Virus record (IMG/VR): IMGVR_UViG_3300042556_002263
Direction: 5' to 3' (one strand)
Origin: an uncultured virus (IMG/VR IMGVR_UViG_3300042556_002263)
Lineage: Duplodnaviria > Heunggongvirae > Uroviricota > Caudoviricetes
DNA: 64,000 bases
The number at the start of each line of letters is the position of its first letter. Within the stretch, counting starts at the first letter, position 1. Of this stretch, positions 17,480 to 26,300 are shown in pieces. Under the pieces are notes generated by a model. It made no database searches. It had not been told where the DNA came from and was given only the letters and a program-made list of their open reading frames with translations. The translations under genes were made by a program, and so were the position numbers.

Positions 17480-18017
17480 AATGGTTGACTTTAATGAATT
17501 GAAGATTGCCCCTTTCAAGGCAACACACATTTTGCGTCCTGACCTATTGGCGCTCTCTTCTTCGCTTAGGGATTTTGGGTTCATAATTCCAATCGTTGTT
17601 CAAAAATCAACAAATATTGTGATAGATGGGAACGAGAGGGTTTTGCTGTCCTTGCATCAAAAAAGCATTTCTCAAGCAGTTGGCGACAAGTGTCCTGTTG
17701 TATTTATTGACTGTGACAGCATGGAAGCGCAGATGCTTCACCTGAGGCTTAATAGGTCTAGAGGGAATCTTTTGGCAAAGCCAATGTCAAAGATAATTAG
17801 AAATCTAGTGCAGTCAAAAAAATACAGCCGTTCCGACCTCGGTTCTCTTCTGCAAATGAAGCATGACGAGGTTCAGTTATTACTTGACGGCTCTTTGCTG
17901 AAGCACAAAAAAATATCTGAACACTCATATTCTCGTGCTTGGGTTCCAATTGAAGCAGACCCCAAAATAACTCAAGCGCCTTTGTCTATCGAAAAACCGC
18001 CCAATGCAGACCGCTGA
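17466..18017 (+). CDS. ParB-like protein, IbrB-like
   Basis: LSSSLRDFGFIIPIVV...VIDGNER...LRLNRSRG; start at MNKIE with RBS AGGAG. Confidence 0.8.
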   Translation: MNKIEMVDFNELKIAPFKATHILRPDLLALSSSLRDFGFIIPIVVQKSTNIVIDGNERVLLSLHQKSISQAVGDKCPVVFIDCDSMEAQMLHLRLNRSRGNLLAKPMSKIIRNLVQSKKYSRSDLGSLLQMKHDEVQLLLDGSLLKHKKISEHSYSRAWVPIEADPKITQAPLSIEKPPNADR

Positions 18018-18030
18018 ATTATCCATAATG

Positions 18031-18036
18031 TATACT
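18031..18036 (+). promoter_or_regulatory. Putative -10 element (TATACT) at the start of the neck/tail operon
   Basis: Intergenic TATACT followed by RBS GAGGAG and ATG at 18064. Confidence 0.5.
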
Positions 18037-18063
18037 TTGTGAAAACTACCGAGGAGATACACA

Positions 18064-18258
18064 ATGCCACCAGCAGGAAGAAGATTTCGTAGAGGCGCTC
18101 GCGCGGCACGAGCCGGAAGACTGCGTCGCGCCACGGGTGCTGCCGCAAATACTTTCGGTCGTGTTTTTGGTCGCGGAGATGTTCAGACAGAGACAGTCGG
18201 AGATGTCCTAAGAGAAGGCGGAAGAGCGCTAGTTAATAGATTTAGACGTCGTCGTTGA
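18064..18258 (+). CDS. Arg-rich basic small protein (possible DNA-condensing core protein)
   Basis: 18 Arg and no Lys in 64 aa; strong RBS. Confidence 0.7.
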   Translation: MPPAGRRFRRGARAARAGRLRRATGAAANTFGRVFGRGDVQTETVGDVLREGGRALVNRFRRRR

Positions 18259-18287
18259 CAATTCTTTCCCTTGGTAGGGGGTAAACA

Positions 18288-19178
18288 ATGCTCGTTTCAG
18301 TACAAGAACTTGTCACATATATGGACATATCGTTTTCTCTCAGGCAGCAAGATGCTGCCGAGTTGGTTCTTGCTGGACTTCAGTCGGAACTTGAAACATA
18401 CCTAAGAAGACCGATAGAGGTAACGGAATTTACCGAAGAGTACAAAATACCGGCAGACCACCTTGCGTCGCCAATGTCTTCTTTTTTCTATCAAAGAAAT
18501 CTTGAGTCATCGTTCTATGGCTATAGCGGAAATGCAATGCAAAGCACGATGAACTATGCGATGCCTCCAGAAACTATCTACCTAAGAAACTCCCCGGTAT
18601 CAAAAGTCAAAAGCGTTTTGATTAACAACGAATGGACAACTCCTGCGTATCTTGGTGAGGCGGTCAAAAAAGAAGGTTCAATATCTTCCGCCTCCTACAG
18701 TTCTGGAAAAATTACATTTACATCTTCGGGTCATAAATTGACTCCAGGTCTGTACCTGACAACAGAGGGCCTTCTTCCCGCTGGATACAACATAGATAAG
18801 AAAAAAATTATTGAAGTGTCATCAAGTACTTTTTCAATAGCAGTTGACTCCAACCCTGGTGCTTTTACATCTGCTACATCAGCAACATACTCGGCAACTG
18901 GGACTGATTACATCGTTCGCAGATATGGAATAGACATTGCGAATATGGTTGCTGGCGACACGGTAACAATTAATTATGAGGCCGGTTTAGACGGAGATTC
19001 AATACCGTTTTTTAAATTGTTGATACTGAGGGCAGCAACAAGAGAGATGCAAAATATGCATGACGATGTTGTTGGAATAAAAGATTTGGAATCGAGAAAT
19101 GTTGCCCCAATGGAAACTGGGTTTTCAGAAAGAGAACTTCTGTCTGTTAAAAAATACAGGAGAAATAGGGTTGCCTGA
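18288..19178 (+). CDS. Head-tail adaptor/connector with an inserted beta-rich domain
   Basis: MLVSVQELVTYM...ELETYLRRPI...VTINYEAG pattern of gp6/gp15-like adaptors; first gene of the neck cluster. Confidence 0.75.
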   Translation: MLVSVQELVTYMDISFSLRQQDAAELVLAGLQSELETYLRRPIEVTEFTEEYKIPADHLASPMSSFFYQRNLESSFYGYSGNAMQSTMNYAMPPETIYLRNSPVSKVKSVLINNEWTTPAYLGEAVKKEGSISSASYSSGKITFTSSGHKLTPGLYLTTEGLLPAGYNIDKKKIIEVSSSTFSIAVDSNPGAFTSATSATYSATGTDYIVRRYGIDIANMVAGDTVTINYEAGLDGDSIPFFKLLILRAATREMQNMHDDVVGIKDLESRNVAPMETGFSERELLSVKKYRRNRVA

Positions 19179-19183
19179 TAATC

Positions 19184-19627
19184 ATGCGCATAGAAATTGA
19201 CGTAAAATTTGACCCAGATGAAATCGTTAGGGTTTATGACGAAGTTGAAAAATCCTCAACTAATCTCAAGCCTGTTTTTATATGGGCTAGAGAAGAACTA
19301 AGAAAAACATACACAAACCATTTTCTTAGCAACGGCAGTGGAGCATGGAAGCCGCTAGACCCCGAATACGGAGCGTGGAAAGCATCTAGGTATCCAGGTG
19401 CGCCAACATTGATTAGGACCGGTGGGTTGTTTGAGTCTGTATCGAAACTTGAGATTGATGAAATAAATGACATGTCGGCGAGATTTGGAACAAACGCAGA
19501 AGTTGCAAAATTTCATCAGTACGGAACCTGGAGCATGCCTAAAAGAGAAATTATCTTTGAACCTCCAATGTTTGCCAAAAAACTTGCTGAAAAAATTGCT
19601 GACCATATTGAAGGCAAGGTCGACTAA
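19184..19627 (+). CDS. Virion morphogenesis / neck protein (Mu gpG-like)
   Basis: WKPLDPEY...LIRTGGLFES...FGTNAEVAKFHQYGTWSMPKR. Confidence 0.8.
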   Translation: MRIEIDVKFDPDEIVRVYDEVEKSSTNLKPVFIWAREELRKTYTNHFLSNGSGAWKPLDPEYGAWKASRYPGAPTLIRTGGLFESVSKLEIDEINDMSARFGTNAEVAKFHQYGTWSMPKREIIFEPPMFAKKLAEKIADHIEGKVD

Positions 19628-20214
19628 TGGACGTAATGTTTGGTGCGCACTTTCCTAAAAGTTATGTGAACGAGTATTTGCAGCAAGACATTCCTATACG
19701 AATTATTGACTACAGAAATGAATGGAATCTTGACGACACACAACTTCCGTCTCCAGTTTCGTACTTCATATATGAACCTATTGCCCTAGATTCGTGGCCA
19801 TCAATTATTACTGTGGTCATGTCAACAAACTCAATGACCAGGATTGGTTATAGTTCTTCAAATCCTCTTTACAGAGTTTCGTATTCAATGCGCACCTATG
19901 TGTGGGTTAGAACCGAACAGTCAGAACCAACAACAGTAATGAGGGACAGGCTTACAACCGTGGTTCGTTCCGCCTTGCTCGACTATCCATGTCTTAACGC
20001 CGTCGACCCGCATGACTATTTCAAGGCAGAAATAGATGAGTCAACAATGCAAGAACAGTTTTCCGATTTAACTTTGTTGAAGGGTGACAGAGTGCTTGCT
20101 GGTGCTTATTTGTCATATACCCTTAACATGGATGAGACCATCGGTAGACGAGACAGGGGAGTATTTGATGAAAAAGAAATTGAATATCTCCAATTGTCAT
20201 TTCTGCCAGAATGA
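19627..20214 (+). CDS. Probable tail terminator/completion protein
   Basis: Size and position between neck and sheath genes; WPSII motif. Confidence 0.55.
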   Translation: MDVMFGAHFPKSYVNEYLQQDIPIRIIDYRNEWNLDDTQLPSPVSYFIYEPIALDSWPSIITVVMSTNSMTRIGYSSSNPLYRVSYSMRTYVWVRTEQSEPTTVMRDRLTTVVRSALLDYPCLNAVDPHDYFKAEIDESTMQEQFSDLTLLKGDRVLAGAYLSYTLNMDETIGRRDRGVFDEKEIEYLQLSFLPE

Positions 20215-20251
20215 TTGTTGTACACTAATTGACTGAGTAGCAGGAGTATTT

Positions 20252-20599
20252 ATGGCCCACGTACATGGATTGCAAAAAATAAAAAAAGACGCATCGTTTG
20301 ATTGCAGTGTTGAGCATGCTGTGTTGAAAAACGTATCCGGAAGAACCATTTTTGCTGACGGAGTAAATCTTTTTCCAGACGACACAGCCTGGTACTGTGG
20401 ACAAAGCGACAAAGTTGACAAACTTATTGCTAAAAAAATCTTAAAAACTATTGAAACAAATCTTCCAAAGCCAAAAGCGAAAAAACAAAAAGACGAAAAA
20501 TCAGAGGAAACTTCAGCAACAGTTGCAGAGCCAGACGGTGAAGCATCTGTACAATTAGGTTCATCCGAAGATGACGTTGCGCTTACAACTGAGCAATAA
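20252..20599 (+). CDS. Hypothetical protein preceding tail sheath
   Basis: 115-aa ORF, RBS CAGGAG, upstream TACACT at 20221. Confidence 0.6.
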   Translation: MAHVHGLQKIKKDASFDCSVEHAVLKNVSGRTIFADGVNLFPDDTAWYCGQSDKVDKLIAKKILKTIETNLPKPKAKKQKDEKSEETSATVAEPDGEASVQLGSSEDDVALTTEQ

Positions 20600-20620
20600 A
20601 TATAAACGGAGAGAGGTCAT

Positions 20621-22081
20621 ATGCCCGGAGTAGTAATAACCACATCAGTTAGAACAGGACCAACAAGCGATACTGTTCGCGAGTCTTCACAGGCTTTTTT
20701 TGTTGGTCTTGCACAGCGCGGTCCTTCAGATGAGGCAGTTCTTGTTCAAAGCCTCGCAGAGTTTGAAGAGACATTCGGTACATATGTTTCGTATGCGTAC
20801 CTCCACCCAACCGTACAAACCTTCTTTGAAGAGGGTGGCACACAGTGCTACATCGCAAGAGTTGTAGGACCAGCAGCAACAACCGCTTCCCTTGACCTTG
20901 ATGACTCGGCTTCAGCGACCGCAATCACATTGACAGCAAATGGTCCTGGCAACTGGGCACATGACCTTGATGCCGAGGTTATTGCTTCTGGCTCAAAGAG
21001 AAACATCAAACTGATTTACAACAATGACACCGTTTACACAACCGGCCTAAAATCAACAAATGCCGAACTTGTTAACGCAATCAACAACAGCCCTATTGCT
21101 AGCAAGTACGTAAGTGCTGTTGCTGGTGCCGGTACGCTTGTTGCTTCAGTCGCTGCAACCGCACTTGCTGGCGGAGATGACGATAGAGACGACAACACTG
21201 TTGACACATCTTTCACTGCATTTGTTGATGCTCTTGAACTTTTCCTTGATTCGTTTGGTCCTGGCGCAGTATCTTGCCCAGAGACGCACACAATCAATGC
21301 CGAACTGATTGCTCATGCAAACTCATACAGCAGAGTTGCAATTCTTCACACCGCATCTGGCGATGATGCAACAGATGCGAAAGATGAAGCAGACGACCTG
21401 TCTGGCGAAGACGGTTCCGAGCATGCCGCCCTCTACTACCCATGGGTATACATCCCAACCACCGTAACCGGCGTAAATAGACTCATCCCGCCAGATGGTC
21501 TTGTTGCTGGTTCAAGAGGTGCTGCGCATAACAGTGTTGGCCCACATCAGCCAGCAGCAGGTCTAATTTCAGCCGCATCATTCGTGAACGGCGTTGAAGT
21601 TGACATCAACAAGACTGTTGGCGACGACCTCGACGACAACTACGTTAATGCAATCCGTGTTATTGCAAATGGCGTAAGAGTTTATGGCGCTCGCTCACTG
21701 TCAACAGACACTGAGAACTTCAGATTTGTTAGCACCCAGGACACCGTAAACACGGTTGTACATAAGGCAAACAGGTCGATGGAAGACCTTCTGTTCTCCC
21801 CAATCGATGGAAGAAATGCTTTGTTCACCGAGATTCAGGGTCGACTGAAGTCAATTTGCGAAATTCTTGCTCGCGAAGGTTCTCTGTACCCAGCCTACGA
21901 TACGAACGGAAAACTTATTGACGAAGGTTTCACTGTTAAGTGTGACGCCTCAATCAATACAACCGCTCAATTGGCAGAGGGCAAAGTTAAGGCTCAAATA
22001 GGTCTTAGAGTTTCGCCAATTGGTGACAAAATCGAGGTAACAATCATCAAATCAAATCTCACTGGTTCAGTGACGGTATAA
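20621..22081 (+). CDS. Contractile tail sheath protein
   Basis: MPGVVI..., FFVGLAQRGP, FFEEGGTQCYIARV, GPGNWA, AALYYPWV, IPPDGLVAG, VNAIR...VYGARSL. Confidence 0.95.
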   Translation: MPGVVITTSVRTGPTSDTVRESSQAFFVGLAQRGPSDEAVLVQSLAEFEETFGTYVSYAYLHPTVQTFFEEGGTQCYIARVVGPAATTASLDLDDSASATAITLTANGPGNWAHDLDAEVIASGSKRNIKLIYNNDTVYTTGLKSTNAELVNAINNSPIASKYVSAVAGAGTLVASVAATALAGGDDDRDDNTVDTSFTAFVDALELFLDSFGPGAVSCPETHTINAELIAHANSYSRVAILHTASGDDATDAKDEADDLSGEDGSEHAALYYPWVYIPTTVTGVNRLIPPDGLVAGSRGAAHNSVGPHQPAAGLISAASFVNGVEVDINKTVGDDLDDNYVNAIRVIANGVRVYGARSLSTDTENFRFVSTQDTVNTVVHKANRSMEDLLFSPIDGRNALFTEIQGRLKSICEILAREGSLYPAYDTNGKLIDEGFTVKCDASINTTAQLAEGKVKAQIGLRVSPIGDKIEVTIIKSNLTGSVTV

Positions 22082-22094
22082 CAGGAGAATATTC

Positions 22095-22550
22095 ATGGCC
22101 AAGTTATCACAGAGACAAATCGTTGCATCGATTGAGCCGGTGACCACTGCTGCTCCCAAGTGGGGTTCGTTCAAGTTTGCACAGGTTTCCGGTGGTGAAA
22201 TCACTGCATCTGTAGAGAAAATTTATCTTGGTGGCCAACTTTTCCCTGAAGTACTTTGTGCTCCAGCAGAAATTGGTGACATTACGCTAACGGCACACTT
22301 CGATGACGACACAGTACAGAGTGATACCCAGACCGGAATTGCAAAGAAACTGTCAGACCTCAGAAAACTAGTTGGCCAGGCTTACTACAACATTCAGGTG
22401 TCAACACTTGACTGTGGAATCAACGTTAAGGGTGAGTCAAGACTTTACTCAAATGCCCTCCTCGTTGGATTGACAGAGCCAGATGGCGACTCGTCTTCGG
22501 GTGCTCCTGCAACATTCGCTCTTACATTCTCAATTCAGAGCGTCTCCTAA
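22095..22550 (+). CDS. Tail tube protein
   Basis: 151 aa directly after the sheath; FAQVSGGEITA...GDITLT pattern. Confidence 0.8.
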   Translation: MAKLSQRQIVASIEPVTTAAPKWGSFKFAQVSGGEITASVEKIYLGGQLFPEVLCAPAEIGDITLTAHFDDDTVQSDTQTGIAKKLSDLRKLVGQAYYNIQVSTLDCGINVKGESRLYSNALLVGLTEPDGDSSSGAPATFALTFSIQSVS

Positions 22551-22575
22551 TAATCAAATAATAAAAATTTGATAG

Positions 22576-22613
22576 TTGCGCATTGATGTTATTTGTGTGC
22601 TAATGTCTGCCCC
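22576..22613 (+). promoter_or_regulatory. Putative leaderless promoter (TTGCGC ... TGcTAATGT, 7 nt before ATG)
   Basis: Extended -10 at 22598-22606, ATG at 22614, no RBS. Confidence 0.5.
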
Positions 22614-23153
22614 ATGACAGAAAACTCCCTTTATTCAGAACCGGAAGACTCAAAGAAGACAGAGGCAAAGAAGGCTGCACCGCTTGCAAAGCCTGCTGAA
22701 CCAAATCTTCTAGACAGACTCAAGGATGCAATCCAAAAGAAGGTTGAGCGTCCTATCGTGCGTCTTGATGTTCCAGAGCGTCCTGGCGTTTCTCTCCGAA
22801 TTAGCCCAAACATCACACAGCATCAGTTGAAGCAGTGGAGAAAGCAGTCTGGAGAAGACACAAAGCAGGGTCTTGACTCAATCAAGTTCTCCACCCATGT
22901 AATCGGACACACCACTGTCGGTATTGTTTTTGACGGCGAAGAAGTTTTTGACGAAAGCGGTTACGAGTTGAACTTTGCATCGTCAGAGATTCTTGAGATG
23001 ACAGAAACAACTCGACCAATCCCAGAGGCTGTTCGCGCCTTCTTCGGAGTTGACCCTCACCTTGAGGCTGCTGCTCTTGCAATTCTTGATGCCGCTGGTT
23101 ATTCAGATACTGTTGACACCACGGACCCTACGATGGAGTCTTCGACGAATTAG
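22614..23153 (+). CDS. Tail assembly chaperone (gpG-like)
   Basis: Lies between tube and tape measure; overlapped at its 3' end by a start-less -1 frame. Confidence 0.8.
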   Translation: MTENSLYSEPEDSKKTEAKKAAPLAKPAEPNLLDRLKDAIQKKVERPIVRLDVPERPGVSLRISPNITQHQLKQWRKQSGEDTKQGLDSIKFSTHVIGHTTVGIVFDGEEVFDESGYELNFASSEILEMTETTRPIPEAVRAFFGVDPHLEAAALAILDAAGYSDTVDTTDPTMESSTN

Positions 23154-23323
23154 TTGCCGAACCGCTCATAGTGTCTGCAGCACGACTGGGCGAACTGTTT
23201 GGAACTGACCCTCTAAGGCTCCTAGAATGCAATGACGTTGAATGGATGATACGTCTAGCCTGTGCTAAAGTTATATCGAATGATAAAGAAGAGCAGGAGA
23301 AGCGGGCAAAGAGCGCCGGTTAG
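23117..23323 (+). CDS. Tail assembly chaperone -1 frameshift extension (gpGT-like)
   Basis: Open -1 frame between TGA at 23114 and TAG at 23321 reading PYDGVFDELVAEPLIVSAARLGELFGTDPLRLLECNDVEWMIRLACAKVISNDKEEQEKRAKSAG; candidate slip G-GAC-CCT at 23123-23129. Confidence 0.75.
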   Translation, partial: HHGPYDGVFDELVAEPLIVSAARLGELFGTDPLRLLECNDVEWMIRLACAKVISNDKEEQEKRAKSAG

Positions 23324-23354
23324 TCTCTAGTTTTTTTATTTTATTGGAGCGGAT

Positions 23355-26300
23355 ATGGCCGAGGCTAAGACAGAGATAACAATTGATGTCGATTATAAAG
23401 GCCGCACGGAGGTCCGTAGAGCCATCCAGGACATGAAGCGCCTGGATAGACAGGTAGCAAGAACAAACGCTGGATTTGCATCCTCCAGCCTTGCATTTGG
23501 CGCAAGGTCGGCTGCTCAAAAGTCAACAGAAAAGTTTTATGCTCGTCTAACGAAACAAGTTACTGAGTTTGATAAAGCAGTATCGATGCTTGGCAAAGTT
23601 GGGCTCAAGGGTTTGAGTCTTGCCCTAAAGGGCTCGGCGCTATCAATGGCTGCTATGGGTGCGGCAATGTTGGGTGTTCATGCCGCCTTCGTTCTCGGAA
23701 ATGCTGCAATGAAGGTCATGAAGGCGACCCTCGGTCCACTAGCCGCAGGTATGGCTGGTCTTGTTGCGGCTGCTAGTGCTGCTGCGGCGGCAGTACGCGA
23801 ACAACAAGCGGCAATGTATGCGTACAAAAATAACAACAAGGGCGAGTTTGGTTCTGGTCTAAACCAAGCAAGGCAGGTAATGAGAGCCCTACATACGGAT
23901 ACCTATCTTGCAGCAGTTGGGGTAGAAAACCTCAATAAGGCTTTTGCCACCGTCTCAAAGAACTCAACCTTCACCATGAAAAGCCAAAACATGCTTAAAG
24001 GTCTCATGGACTTTGCTTCGGCTGGCCAACCTATTGAAGAAGGTATACAAAAAGCAGCAGACCTCATAGCAATACTTCAAGACAGTAAAAAGGGATTTGC
24101 AGAAGCAAAATCATCAGCACAGCAGTTATTTCCTGGAAAAAAGGAAATGGACAAAGCCCTAAAGGACTTAAAAATTACAACTAAGAAGGGTCTTGAAAAA
24201 GCAATCAATGATGGAACGCTGGCCAAGTCCGCGAATGTTCAGGGACAGTTTGACGCCGTATCCGGAACGCTAATAAACCGCCTGAAGGGCTACTTCAACA
24301 TAATCAAACAGCAATTTGCTGACCTCGGACAACCGCTTCTTGAACCAATCAAAATAGCGGCTAATGACATTTTTAAAATTCTAAGAAGAGGATTTGTAAA
24401 ACTAGCGCCAGCGACTAACAAGTTTGGCATGGGTTCAATGCTCGACGGACTCGTGAAAATGGTTGAAAAACTAACTGACTGGTCTGTCAAGTTTGTTTAC
24501 AAGAACCTTAAAAGTGTTGACGGAATGTTTGGGAGAATGGGAAGGTGGTGGGACAGATTCCAAGATGGATGGGACAACGTAACCGACAAACTAAGACCAC
24601 TGATAGATGGCGCGCGCGTAATTGAATCATTCTTTGGCGAAGTATGGAAGCATGTGAAGAACATATTTTCAACAAAATTTGACCAATTTAATGGATTTTT
24701 GGTTAGCAACAAAGAAGAAGTAAAAGAATTTGGCGACTCTGTCGGAAAACTTTTGGCAGACATATTTGAACTAATTGGCGAGTTCAACAAACTAACTCAA
24801 AGAATGCTTCCATTCATCAATGACCTAGTTAAAGGTTTGTCTGGCATAGTAAATGCACTTACATCAATCGTTGGATTAATGAACGGCATAGGCGGGGGCC
24901 CTGGCGGAGCGCTAGCAATGTTGTTTGGAATGCGCGGAATGTTTCAAGGCGCTCAAGTAATGGGCGCAAGAGGTGGATACAAACAGACGATAATCGGCGG
25001 TGTAGCCAGTAGAAAAAGCGGAAGAAGACCTTCTGGGCCTACAACGCCAAGAACTCCAGGAACAAGACCAACTGGCCCAACAGGTGTAACTGGTGGTCCA
25101 ACTGGTGGTCTTGGAACAACACATGCCGACCCGCCTGGCACAATTCCGCCAGTAGGCCCAACTCCACCTACTCCCCCAATTGGTACAACGCCAGACACTG
25201 GCGGTCCTGGAACATTTGCAAGTGCAAGAGTGCCACTTCAAAGACCAGAGTATGAGGTTTTTAAGCGTGCGCCGAAGGGGGGAATAGAAATCGGTGGCAA
25301 GTTCTATAAGGGTGGGCAGATGTTGCCGACTTCACAAATTACAGCATCAGAGCGCTCTTATTACGGAATAGAAGATGTCGCTAGACCTGGAAGAATGGCA
25401 CCAATGTCAGATGTTTCAACTGATGTTGGAATGGTTTCAATGAGGACTGGAACAGTTGTTCCTGGCAGTACAACACCAGCCGCTGCCGCAGCAAGTTCTT
25501 CGGCAATGCTTGCTTCTGCAAGTTCCGGTGTTCGTTTAAATAAGGCTGGAAAACCAATAGCGCCAGTCGGCGGCATTGAATACAATGGCAAATTTTATAA
25601 ACAAGGTCAGCAACTTCCTGCGGGTTTCGCTTCTGCTTCGGGTGGAGGCGGAGGAGGCGGAGGGGGTGGAGGTGCTCCCGCCGCTGCTCCGCGTACCGGA
25701 AGACAGTGGATTAACCGCGCGCAGCAACAAGTTCCAAAACCTTTTGAGAAAGTGTTTGGGAAAAATCCAACCCATATGTATTTGCCAGGCAAGGCAGGAA
25801 CATGGGACAACTTAAAAGCGGTATCAGACATGACGGAGGAAGAGTTCCGCATGGCAAAGAAATACAGAGCGACATGGGGTGAGAAGGCGTATAAGGGTGG
25901 AGTTATTCCGCAACCAGGACAAGATGGAAAGAGGACGCTTAGAGGCGCATACAACCAGCGTTCTGTAGCAAACAGAACCAAGATGGACAGTTATCGCGGA
26001 AGACAACTTCGTGGGGCGATGGGTAGCACGACAGCGAAAATGGGTGGCTCAATTGCTCTTGGTATGGCTTCGCAATACATGCCAGAAGAAGCGCAGGGCG
26101 CAATGGCTCTTGGCTCAATGGTAAGCCAGATAAACCCCTTGGCAGGGTTGGGTGTTGCCGGTCTTGGAACAGCAATGAGCGCAAGAACGGCAAAAGGTGG
26201 AGCGCTTAGTGGAGCAGTTGGTGGTGCGGCAACTGGTGCAATGATTGGTTCAATACTTCCAGGTGTCGGAACCGCTGTCGGAGCAGTGGTTGGAACTGTT

